The notes beneath the pieces were generated by a model, which did not search any database, was not told where the DNA came from, and worked only from the letters and a program-made list of their open reading frames with translations. A stretch of 35,861 bases of DNA from Trichinella spiralis. Its lineage: Eukaryota. Of this stretch, positions 1-12,064 are shown piece by piece. The position numbers and the translations under genes are program-made. The stretch is taken from the NCBI RefSeq assembly GCF_000181795.1, contig NW_003526941.1:7884120-7919980 (forward strand). The letters are read 5' to 3'. The stretch's first letter is position 1; each line of letters begins with the position of its first letter.

Positions 1-3000
1 TAAATTACGTTGATATGGCGACGTTCAAAAAGGAAGATTTAGGCTCGTGCGATAAAGAAATTTTACTAAAGTAAGTATGCACTTATGTATGCACGTATTC
101 CAATTTTTAAAGAAATTGTTGAAATGACATAATAACCGTGAAAATAAAAAATTTGCTCATATTTATTTTAGCGTTGCTGTGGAGATGATCGGTTCGAGCG
201 TTCACGCTGAAACACTGCGTGGAATATTGCGAATTATTCTACTTTTGACACGCGATCACTCGCGTACAAAATACATAGTATTTCATGGAACCATTAAGCG
301 GCTCTTTGCCCTTGACGAAAGTCAAAAATTTGTCGGCGTTGAAGATATGGTGATGCTTCTGTTGCGTCACATCATTGAAGATCCTGACTATTTGCAAAAT
401 TTGATGGAAAAAGTACAATTGTTTTTCACTTTGTGAAACATTTGCTTATCATATTTTTTAATATTATTGTTTTAATGGGTTCGTTTAATATAATTAATAT
501 TATATTCAGATAATTGCGAGTCTGCTGACCGGTCATATGGCAATCAGCAATTACACAAGTACTGAATTGAAAGAGTTTTCATGTTTGCTCTGCTTGTTGG
601 AGCCATTCGCATGTCGCGATATGAATCTGTTTGCGAAGGCATTCAAGAGAACGGCAAAAATTAACATCGCCTCTAACGAAAATCGAAGTAATAATTGGTT
701 GCATTATTACTGTTTTTATTCATAAGTTTTGATTATTATTTGTTTCAAAATTTTAGCCAACGCTAATAATACCAGTAATAATAGTGGTAGTAATAATAAT
801 AATAATAACAATAACAACAACAACAACAACAACAACGAAGGCGCTGCTGCCCCTTCGACAGTGTGTTTGGAACTTAGTTGCGCTACACCTTCTGTTGTGA
901 ACAGCAGATCGCCACATTTGAAGCCGGCAGCATTTGAATTGATAAAAACTTTACTCGAATACATAATGACAAAACAAAAGTCATCCGTATCTAGTGTGGG
1001 TAAGTTTGCACTGAATTGAAACTGACTGCAATGTATTAGATTGGTTTTTTGTTTTGTTTTTTTTTTGCTTTTGATATTTTTGAATTTTTTTATGATGCGA
1101 CGTGTAATTTATTCTTTAGTCAAAGATTCGAGAGCTGAAATGAAACCATCTAGCAGTAGACTGTTTCAGAGGGAATCAGCAGAGGTGAGTTGGAAATTAT
1201 TCTACGGTTGTTATTCGTATTGTCATTCTTGTTGTTTTAGGGAGAAAGTCAATTGGTTGGATCTTTATTGTTTCCAAAACCTTTAGTGATGCTTTATTTA
1301 GCCGAGATTATTCAATGCTATCCTGACGCGGCTTCTGTTGTCGTTAATTTTCGCTTAAATGAATCCGGTAGTTTGAATACTAGCGACGTAAGTGTTGCGT
1401 TTTCGAATTCTATCCATTTACTTGATATTGAATATTGAAAATGAAGGTTTTTAAAAAAGAACATAAATTTCACTTGATACTTACTGTATTACATTAAAAA
1501 TTACATTAATTAATTATTATTATCGGTCGATGTTAGTCATCTGTGGTGGTTTTTATTTTGCTGATTTATTGCTTATGCTTTGTGAAAGGAAAAAAGATTT
1601 GAAATATGATTGATATTCAATTGTAGAATCGATCTCCACTAGCGCATATATTGGATGTGTTGATCGAAGGTGAATTCGAAGAGTGGAAATCCAAAGGACA
1701 GACATTTGTTGATGGTGTTAAGGCAGTTTTCGGCTCTCTAGCTGCCTGTGTGCACTGTGAAGAGTCTCAAGCGGCGGTGGTTTCTGAAATCAAAGCCGCA
1801 TTGGCCCGTGCTCTGGCATTGAACAACAATGAAGTAAAATTGTTTTTCGTTGTGCAGTGGCATTTATTGATTTGTATTTATTCCGTACAATGAAATATTT
1901 TCAGCGAAAGCACAAAATTTTGGATAATCTCATGTCATTGTTGTGTCATATTGTCGAAGTTTGTCCATTGAGTGAGGTGCAAATACCGAAGGACTCGAAA
2001 TTGCCACCACCGCAAAACACGAGATTTAAGAGTATTTTGAGGTGGTTTGTCAAAAAGCGACTGTTGGTCGACTTGGCCCGTATACCGCATTCGTTGGATC
2101 TATCCGACGGGCAATCTGTGCTGACAGTTAATTGCATGCTGAAGGCTTTGGACGAAATTTCCCGTCAACACTTTTATCCCAGTCGTTCGCGATCGATGGG
2201 AACACCGGCGATTAATTATTTGACATCCAATGGTCAGGCCGGTCGGCGCAGTCTGATTCGCATATCAGAAACTGTCGACTCGTCCGGTCATGATTATGTA
2301 TTTCTCAATTTGGCTTCAGCAAACGGTCGTGGGAATAATCTGGTCAGATTGTGCAATAAGATTTATTTAAAAGATAAGCTTAATTTTGTTTTCTCTGTAG
2401 TTCACAGTTTTTGACAGTGAATTCCCCACATTGCGGTCATTGGATGGTGACTTCTCATCGGATGCATTTTTTGACCGGGAAGACACGATAGAGGTTGCAC
2501 CGGAACCTCCACAGGGGAATGGAAATGATAATTTTCCCGAATTCATTGTTCACAACCTCGCAGCAGACGATGATGAAGAAGATGATGACGAAGATGACGA
2601 GGACGACGAGGATGAAGACGTGGAAGAGGAGGAAATTGATATTAACGAAGAAGTTGGCGAGGATGAGGAAGAAGAGGAAGCTGATCACGGCGATGATCAT
2701 GAAGTGGGAGAAGAGGAAGAAGAGGAGGAAGCGGACAACGATGATTCGGAATATGAGGCTGTTGAAGATGATGTGAATGAAGAAGACGACGATGACGACG
2801 ACGACGACGACGATGACGAAGATGAAGACGACGAAGTAAGAATTGGGATTATTTATTTATTTATTTATTTATTTGTTGTTGACAAGCAGAAAAGTGGAAT
2901 GATTGATATTGTATTCATTTATGTTGTTTTTTAAAATGCTCATAATAATTCGTATTTCATTTTTATTATCATTTTTGTTCAGTTGTCGAATAGTTTTCGC

Positions 3001-6000
3001 GATACTTCTTTCGTTGAGCAGAACAATAATAACACAATTTCGTCGAACGATTTGGCTGGTTCGATTGGCGCGCTTGGTGATCTGTTGCGTCAAACTCTTT
3101 CATCGAATAGCAATGGTATTTTTTGCACGCTTTTGTTGCTGTTATTATTGTGTATGAATTATTTGTTTTCAGGGGTACGCGATGTCATTAATCAACTGTC
3201 TTCGGAAGGTCGCGAGGAACGTTGGCACCACGATGTGCCTAGTATCACTATTGAGCCGGATGTTGAATTCGGCTACCGGACTCTTGGTCGTAATCGGGGC
3301 GGGCAGCATCGATCTGCACTGCCTCGAATTGTACAGTTGAATCGACAAAGCGCTTTCCGCATTCGAGTTACAGAACCAATGCCGTAAGTGATAATTTCCA
3401 TGATGCGTTGATGATGATGATTTTGTTCTTTTTATAATGAATTGTGTTCAAATCTTTTAAAATTACAAAAATTGTATTTTTTTTGTTTTTAAATGTCTGT
3501 TATTTTTTTACGCATGAAGAATTAATATTGTTGCTCTTTTTTTTAGAATCGTAGATACCGATGATATATTTTGGCGTGATTTTTTTTCTGACGCAGTACG
3601 TCCTGCGGAACGTTTTGTCATGTTTCAGAGGTCGCTTACCGATACGTTGCGATCGGTAATTTTCAATAAATTTTAGTGTTTTTATTTAAATACTTTGTTT
3701 ACTATTAAAATTCAAACTATTTTTAAGATAAATTTTGGAAGCAGATTGAATGTTACAAACAGCTCTGAGGCTAACATGCCGATGACAACCGAAGTTTGCG
3801 GCTTTTTTACGCGAATCATGCAAGAAGGAAGTCTGCTCGAAATGGATTCCACTTATCTTGCGTGGTTAGGTATGTGGAATTTTTTATTTTATTTATCATA
3901 CTCTGCTGAGATTGCTCTGTCTATTTTATGCATATTTATTTCTTAGTTAATATTCAACCAATCTTAAGTTAATCTTCTATTATTTGCACAAATCATTTGA
4001 TTTTTGTGCATTCACATTGTTTATTTTCTTTATTTTTCTTTTTCAAATTTTGACTTGATGTGTTGTGCATTGTAGGAGTGAGAGAAGACATACTGAAAGC
4101 TTTGGAAAAGCGTCGAGACGACGAATTGTCCAAAAAGCAAGCAGAAGCGTTATCGGCTGCCAATAGCGAGGACAAGTCCAAAAAGTCAGAGAATAACAAC
4201 ACTTCCGGCACAGCAAGCCAAGATGAGCCAGGACAGGTGCGAGCGATGGTGACGGGGGATCATCCGCGGGATTCGGCCAACAGTAGTCAATTAGCTGAAT
4301 CGTTTATAAGTCAAGACAGAAACGACATTGAACAAGAAATCTCTTGGGTATCTGTTGCAGATGGACAAGTATTATTTGAAGGATCGCGGCAACAAGTAGT
4401 CGCTAACAGTCAACGACTTTTTCAGCAGCAGCAAGCTGAGCCGGAACAGCAGCCGGCGGCCAATAATGATGCTAACCCAGAGATCCCCATTGTAGCTGAT
4501 AATGCATTCCTTGAAGCTTTGAGACAAGCTCAAGAGCACTTTGGTAAGTTCTTATATTTATTTTTTTCAGGATAAATTGTGTTCTGCTTCATAACAATTG
4601 ATAAATAAATGTCATTGATTGAAAAAGATTAAATACAAAAGCAAGAAAAATAACGAAAAGAGTGGGCAGGCAGGGGGGAGGGATGGAGTAAAAATAAAGT
4701 AAAAGTTAAGCAGAGATCTGGAGGCGAGGAATTGATGAAAACGGTAGAAGGAGAAGGAATTTTTTGTTTGTGATGCACACATCATTCCACTGACTGATTT
4801 TACATCAGAGCGGTGCATCGTCTGTTGTGCGATAGCATTGTTTTGAAAGTTTTGGTATTCATTGGTGAGAGTATATTCTCTCCAATTTATTCAGCTTTTA
4901 CATGTGATTTTTGTTGTATATGTTTTTTTGTTTCTCATATATGCCTAATCGTCTATTATTAGTGGTTGCTGTTCACTATTATTATTATTATAGTCATTTT
5001 TAATTTTCAGAAACTCCTGGGAGGTTGGATATGCCAGATCCGGATGCTTTACAAGAAGCTTGTAATATGTTGATAATGACTGGTGGGTTAGTCGAAACAT
5101 CCGAACAGCAACAGGATCAACAATTGGGTAATTTTAAAAAAGAATGATGCTGTCTGTAATGATGAGATAATTGTATGTATATTTTATCTGTGTTGTAGAT
5201 CCAGTCCCAGAACCAGATCTTGTTCAGGGAAGAGTGGCTGCAGAAGAACAGCAGCAGCTACAACAACAAGAGCCGCAGGAAAATGTCGAATCCAATGCTG
5301 ACGCTGCGGTAGCAGCGGATGCGACCACCGCTGCTCCGGAAACGTGAGTTGTTTTGCAATAATGATAAAAGAAGATACGAATCTAATAACATTCTTATCA
5401 TTTGTTGTTGGCATTGCAGAGCTGAAACAGAAGAGCTGACTGAAGAGCAGCGGCGTATACGGGACATTTTGGGTGATACGCCGATTCCAGAAGGCGTTGA
5501 TCGCGCCTTTTTGGCAGAACTCCCGGAGAACATTCGAGCTGAAGTTATTGCAGAACAGTGGCGATTGCTCCGTTTGCAGCAGCAAAGTCGCTCTGCCGAA
5601 GGAACCGACGGTTCAGCTCCCCCGGCTATATCGATGGATTTCTTGGTGGCATTGCCTCCTGAATTGCAAGAAGAGGTAAGAAATTTTTAAATTTATTCGC
5701 TTTACAAATAGTACATTTTTTGACACTTTGAATTTTTATTCAAATATTAGTAACTATAATTTTTTATATTTTGAAGGTAATTGCGCAGCATCGAATAAGT
5801 AGTCAACAGCAGAACAATCCAGATGGACAGATGGATTTGGCTACATTTTTTGAAACGTTGCCAGCGCCTTTGCGACGTCAGATACTGTCGGATGCGGATG
5901 AGAGTCAAATGGCGTTCTTTCCAAGTCACATTGCTGCCGAGGCCCGGCATATTCAACTGACTTTCAATAATCGAGAAACTGGTAAGGTTATGTCAAATGT

Positions 6001-9000
6001 TTTATAATGCTATTTTCTTTTGTTTTTGCTTAAAGTGACGATAGAAGTCACCGTGTGTGTTTGTGGGTGGGTTGGGGGGAGGTTATTAAATGCCAGTTGA
6101 ATGAATGATGCTTACTTTGAATTATCTTCAGGTCGACCTCGTCATTATCACGTGGTTCGTACAGGACGCAACGGTCAGCGTGGCGATAGTACGCATCTTG
6201 CAGTGCATGATAAATTGGTGCAAAATCGTTAATTGTTAATTTTTTAGATTCAGTGCGTCCTCGGCATGGCATCCGCTTGGCCAGACGTCCTGTGCCAGCA
6301 GACATGCGCAGCTTGAGACAGCAGTTAGCCAATTGGAATCGTGATACTCCCAGTTACACTCGAACCCAGTTTGGTGGTCACACTGGTTCCAAATCTGCCA
6401 CTACAAATACCACTTTGAGCACTCGTAGCAGTGCTTTATTCGATCGAGAATCGTTGACTTGTTTACTGGTTTTGTTGTTTGTCGACGATTCACGTTTGTC
6501 GACCGCCCGTCTGACGCGCATTCTGCGTACGGTCTGCGCGCACCCTGGTACTCGAGAATGGCTGCTTCGGGCGTTGGTTTCAATTTTACAGCGAACGTGG
6601 ATGTCGCTTGATTTGGTCGGCGGATCGACCTTGGGCGGCGTCAGACCTTCAGATCCTGAATTTGGTGATTTGTCCAGTTACACTTTCAGCCCAACCCCGA
6701 GCCGTTCGACAGTTGTGACCCGTAGTTCACATAGACGCAACGAAGCAGCCGGGGCTGCCGGTGGTCTGCATCTGAGTTCGGCGAACAGCGAAAACAAGGG
6801 TTGGCTGTCGATGACAGTGACCAGCAAACTGGGAAATTGTGTCGAAGTGTTTCGCATCTCGAAACCGACAACATCCGGTGGCAAGCGGGCCCTGCTGTTT
6901 CCGCAATTGACTCCAGTGTTGCTTCATCCCCTCGTTGTGCCCGCCGTCAGTACCGCCGTGATAAACACGATTGCTGCCATTGCCAAGTCATATTCCCATT
7001 CTTTCTTTCCACAGCTGCGCAAATTATTAAATTCACAATCAAATGCTGCCAATACTGGTGATAGCGCTTCTGCGTCCATAGCCGAAGCCGAAGGCGGCAG
7101 TACAGCCCAACAGGCTGGTTCTGCCAGGCAAGGGGACGAACAACAGCCGCAGAGCGCATCCAAAATGCCCACTTTGAGAAGGCGGAGCAGTTCGGCAGTT
7201 GATCGTATGAGGTATGGGAATGTTGCATTTTTTTAAATAAAATTGTATATGTTTTGTTTGAATGTTTAGGTCGGACTTTTGGGATATATTGACAAAGCTG
7301 AATAATCCATCTTCTGCGAATAGTCGAACAAAACATTCGCCGAAAATTGTGTCTTTAGGTTTTCCAGATACCACTGCACAGTGTGGCGTGGAGGATTCTC
7401 TGTTCGGTCAATTGGTTTTATTTTTACGCCACCCAGTTATTGTGGAGCGTCATGGGTTACAAAGTATCCTGCTGAGCACATTGCAGCATGTTACATCGAC
7501 GTCGTTGGCGCAAATTTCCGATACCGTTTTGGACCAAGGCGTGTTTTTGGAAGAGCAGTTGAAGTTGTTGATCGATGTAAGAAATTATACAATTTTCTGG
7601 AAACAGTTGAATGGAAATTTATTGCATTTAATTTAATTTAATTTAATTAATATGCAGGTTCTGGTTAGAGACAGTAGTAGTGGTGATAATCGCAACGATG
7701 CCCGGCTGATATTGGTTCGTTGCGCTGCTGCGTTGGGTCCAGCAACTCGCAGGCGTATTTTCGAGTTGCTTTTTGAAGCGGCTCGCGAGTTGGCCGGTGC
7801 GCTACGCAAGGAATTGATTGTTTTGCTCGAAGAAATGCGCAGTTTGAAAAACAACGAACCAGGAACATCTGCCCAGTTTGTTACTGCTAGCAGCAGTTCA
7901 TCATTGTTACCGGCTCGTGGAAGAATGATCGACAGGTATTATTTGTTGTGCTTTTTTCTTTTTCTTATAATGATGATTGATTATCATTTTTGATTATTCT
8001 ACGAATATTGTTGTTGTTGATTGATGAAATGGATTTATTAATTTTGTATCAGATTTACCGGCACTACGTTGGTGGTGTCTAGCACTTCTCCAGCTAAAGC
8101 GCCCAATTTTGCCTGCAGTCAAGAATTGCAGTGTCCATCGATGGAACTGTTGAGCAAGAAAAACTCAATGCAGACATGCTTGTTGCGCGTTATTAACAGC
8201 ATTTTGAGCATGAAGCATAGTATGAAGAAATTTGACGAACGGGACCCGAATTTCGAGCAAGACGCTGCATCATTTGATTTTGAACTTCATGACTCAGAAG
8301 GTGAAAAAAAGCATTTTTTATTTTATTCTTATTGAATAAATTAACCATATCAGCAGTGCAGGTGAATTTTTACGATAAATAGTAACATTTGTGCTTTATT
8401 GCAGAAGTAATTGACGAGAGTGATATGAGTACTGGAGATCGGGATCGTGACCGTCGAAACGGTTCATCACAGGAAGAGGGACGGCAAGAAAATACCGCAG
8501 CTGTTGAACCAGCACCAGCGGCGACAACAACTGCTGGAACAGACGCTTCTTCGACAACGGTTACAGCCTCTTCTGCCGCTACCGCAACCACCACCACCAG
8601 TGATGAAAGCGGCACTGCTACCGTCGCTGCACCAGTTTCGCCAGTGGCCAGTGTGGTGATCGAAGTCTCGGACAGTAGTAATGCACCATTTGTAACAGTA
8701 ACCTCGACTTCCACCACAGCTTTGTCCAGTGGTGATGGTTCTAGTAATAATGAACTGGTTGGCGAAGAAACTCAAAGTGAGATTGAAAGTGATTTTTTTC
8801 TCCATTTCGTATTTAATTTCATCTAGTTTTAATTAATACCTTTTATTATTATTGATGTGTTCCACTAAGATGAGTTATATTATTATCATCCTGCAAAAAT
8901 CACTTTTTTTATTAAGGACCCGTATTTGAGCTTGAAGTACAACCTTTGACTGTGTCAATGCAAGTGGACAATCTTTGGGATTTGCTGAGCGAATGCTTGA

Positions 9001-11391
9001 CACTGTTGGATGAAAGTGCAGATCCACACGCGGTTTTAATCTTGCAACCTGCCGTCGAGGCATTTTTCATTATACACGGCGATGACAAGAGGCATATGGT
9101 TTGTTGATGTTCTTCTTTTCTGATTTTGCCTTTCTTCTCAACCTGTTGAGATTTATTGCACTTATTGTTTCAGAATGAACTCTGTACGCTTTTGCAATCG
9201 TCCACTAGGCCGGATAGTGACACCCTGACCGAGAGCTCCGCTTCTAATTCTGTTCAGGCGTTTTCAGATATGACCGTTTCTAGCAACGATGCAATGAAGT
9301 CTAGCGATCCTCATTTTCGAAATTTGCCACTTGATGTGCAAATGTTTATTCGTTTTGCAGGTAAATGAGATACGCCAACCTCTGGTGAAGCTGGTGAAAT
9401 TTAAATAATGTAGCAAATCAGTGATTGATTGATTTAAAATGTTTATAGAAAAACATCGTACTGTGCTGAATCAAATCATAAGGCAGTCGAAAACACCGTT
9501 GAATACGGGACCTTTTTCCGTTTTGATCAATTATACTCGCATATTGGATTTCGACATCAAGCGTCGATATTTCAGATTGGAATTGGAACGTGTCGACCAA
9601 ACCTTTCGGTAAAAATTACACTTGGAAAATATAATAAGCAATATATTCATTTGCACATGTGTGGTGAATTTAATGTTTTTTTTTGAATTTGTTTTACAGC
9701 GCCGATGATACGCCAGTACGGGTGAAACGTGATCGGATCTTTCAAGACAGTTTTCGCGAGTTGTTTCGCTTGAGACCGAGCGAATGGAAAAGTCGTTTCT
9801 ACATCTTATTTGACGGTAACAGACTGTTTGAGCGATTTTAATTTCTGTAATGAACGAATGTTTGAAGCAGGAAAAACAATACTATATTTAATTGATTATT
9901 TTTAACTATACATATGTGTATATATATTTGGAATTGAATTCATATTTATTTAGGTGAGGAAGGACAAGATGCCGGTGGTTTGCTTCGCGAATGGTTTTCT
10001 GTGATCACTCGCGAAATATTCGATCCCAATTACGCGTTGTTCATGACTGCATCCGGTGATTCGGTCACTTACACTATCAATCCGTCTTCATACATCAACA
10101 GGGAACACTTGCAATATTTTAAAGTAATTTTTTTTCTTTTAATTTATATACTTACATATTATATATATGCATTGTTTTTTTTTAATTTTTTCAGTTTATT
10201 GGTCGACTGATTGCAAAGGCAATTTACGATAATAAATTGTTGGATTGTTACTTTACCCGTGCTTTTTATAAGCACATTCTCAGCAAACCGGTCAAGTATG
10301 TATTCCATTGTTGACGTGCAATTGTATATCTGTACCACCACCGTGTTTATACGTGTGTCTCAATATAGATATACTGATATTGAATCAGAAGATCCATCCT
10401 TCTACCAGTCAATGGTGTTCTTGTTGGAGAATCCAGTGTCAACTTTAGGTTACGATTTGACGTTTTCTCTTGAGGTGGGTGTCATTTTGGGATGTTTTTT
10501 TTCTTCTTCTGTGTGTGATTTTCTTTTTCCCAGGTGGAAGAGTTTGGTGTTCGTGAAATACGTGATTTGAAGCCTGAAGGCCGGACTATTCTAGTAACAG
10601 ATGCCAACAAGATGGAATACGTCCGCTTAGTTTGTCAAATGAAAATGACAGGTAATTTTTGGAGATTTTACTTTTTGTATTTATTATTCATTCGTCTTTT
10701 GAAATATTTTTAAAGGAGCTATTCGACAGCAACTCAATGCCTTTTTGGAAGGCTTTTATGACATTATTCCGAGACGTTTGATTTCGATTTTTAATGAACA
10801 AGAGCTTGAACTTTTGATCAGTGGTTTGCCAATAATTGACATTGACGATTTGCAACAGAATACTGAATATTACAAATACAACAAAAATTCACTGCAGGTA
10901 ATGCAATGTTTTATAAATTTATTTAAATCTCTACATTAATTACTACAAATGTACTTATTAAAATTATATCTGTTTGTTTGTATGTTCAGTAATTTATATT
11001 TATATCATTTTTAGATTCAGTGGTTTTGGCGAGCGGTGCGTTCTTTTGATCACGCTGAAAGAGCTAAACTCTTGCAGTTTGTTACCGGCACTAGTCGAGT
11101 TCCGTTGCAAGGTTTTGCCGCTTTGCCGGGCATGCACGGGGCGCAGCGTTTCCAGATTCACCGCGACGACCGATCAGTCGATCGTCTGCCTGCGGCTCAC
11201 ACGTGGTATGTGTTTTTTTTTGTTTTATTTTTTATATTTCATGTGTTAATTTATACTGTCGTCGTGCTTTTATTGAATTGTAATTTAGCTTTAATCAGTT
11301 GGACTTGCCGCCGTACGAAACGTATGACAAACTGCGGCATATGCTGCTGTTGGCGATTAACGAGTGTTCTGAAGGTTTCGGGTTTGCTTGA
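1..11391 (+). CDS. HUWE1: HUWE1/EEL-1-like HECT E3 ubiquitin ligase, 5'-truncated by the window, about 35 exons
   Basis: Exons join in frame at GT..AG sites, e.g. <1-70, 172-412, 510-687, 757-999, 1120-1184, 1241-1387, 1627-1833, 1905-2342, 2401-2835, 4076-4543, 5011-5127, 5420-5675, 5777-5981, 6248-7211, 7270-7576, ... 11015-11205, 11289-11391 (stop TGA 11389-11391). Recognisable HUWE1 segments: [23 protein letters not shown], acidic tract, UBM-like repeats, [42 protein letters not shown], and a C-terminal HECT domain. Confidence 0.95.
765..836 (+). repeat. (AAT/AAC)n coding repeat, poly-Asn in a HUWE1 exon
   Basis: aataataat...aacaacaac run inside exon 757-999, read as an Asn run. Confidence 0.9.
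2566..2835 (+). repeat. Asp/Glu low-complexity acidic tract (GAN codons) of HUWE1
   Basis: gatgatgaagaa...gacgacgaa; an acidic region is typical of HUWE1/Tom1. Confidence 0.9.
4770..4905 (+). ncRNA. Candidate intronic box H/ACA snoRNA
   Basis: Lies in HUWE1 intron 4544-5010. Hairpin 1: gcaca 4775-79/tgtgc 4826-30, cactg 4788-92/cggtg 4811-15, ctgat/atcag. H box ATAGCA 4832-37. Hairpin 2: gaaagtt 4845-51/agctttt 4893-99, ttggtgagag 4862-71/ttctctccaa 4876-85. ACA at 4900-02 followed by 3 nt. Upper-stem-to-box spacings are 16 and 14 nt. Confidence 0.55.
5470..5950 (+). other. Tandem UBM/DUF4414-type ubiquitin-binding repeats within HUWE1
   Basis: [41 protein letters not shown] and [19 protein letters not shown] match the (F)LxxLP pattern of HUWE1 UBM repeats. 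Confidence 0.8.
9449..11391 (+). other. HECT catalytic domain exons of HUWE1
   Basis: Spliced translation includes [78 protein letters not shown] and the terminal EGFGFA*. Confidence 0.95.
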
Positions 11392-11980
11392 CTTGCTGTG
11401 ATATCTTTGTCACTCTTCTTCCATTTGTGCATCCGCTGTGTTGCATAGTTTCGCTTTTGCTGAACGATAATAATATTTTATTTATACCAATATACAAGAA
11501 AATTTCATCAAGCAGCAGATGAATAATCATCATGATGATGAATAATCATTTTGAAATGGTGATCATCGTCTGTCTCTCTCTCATCATCTATCTTTCTCTG
11601 CACTGTTTGTCTCATCATCCACTGTTGCCGTGGAAATTTTTTTTCTGAAATTATTTATTTAGTCTGTAGTCCATTTCTTTGTCTTTATAATTTTTTTTCG
11701 TATTATATCATATATTATATTACATTTTATGCATATATTACTTCTCGTTGACCAGTTTCTGCGAAGCGGGGTATGGTATATTTATTTGATGATATAGTCA
11801 TTTTACTTTGATAAATATTTTATTCATTTACTGCTTTGTTTACTTTGGAAAAGTGAGATGCTGTTACTGAATAACAGAATTTTTATCTATTTTCTTTACA
11901 ATGTATACACGCATAATGATCACTCAAATTATAACTTGAAAAAACATTCAGGCACAGCTACAGACCAGCTATTTTGCACC

Positions 11981-12064
11981 TGTACATGAGTGTGAAAATG
12001 CAAACTGCCGTATATGTACATGAAAGTGTACATATACGGCGAAGTGCAATTTTCCAGATGTATA
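11981..12064. other. Long stem-loop (inverted repeat) downstream of HUWE1
   Basis: Perfect 14-bp stem gccgtatatgtaca 12007-12020 / tgtacatatacggc 12027-12040 with a (T)GAAA(G) loop. Outer pairings: gaaaatgca/tgcaattttc and tgtacat/atgtata. Confidence 0.75.

Noticed and set aside
716..964. Minus-strand poly-Leu ORF resembling a membrane peptide
   Set aside because: Antisense reading of the HUWE1 poly-Asn repeat.
2455..2776. Hydrophobic minus ORF and Lys/Met-rich alternative-frame ORF
   Set aside because: Shadows of the acidic GAN-codon tract.
4730..4800. Possible C/D snoRNA (TGATGA...CTGA) or Sm-site RNA (AATTTTTTG) in the long HUWE1 intron
   Set aside because: No convincing terminal stem or recognisable guide; the H/ACA model explains more of the structure.
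11036..11401. ORF-track protein with AHTW, implying a dead HECT domain
   Set aside because: Artefact of reading through intron 11206-11288; the spliced codon is TGC (Cys).
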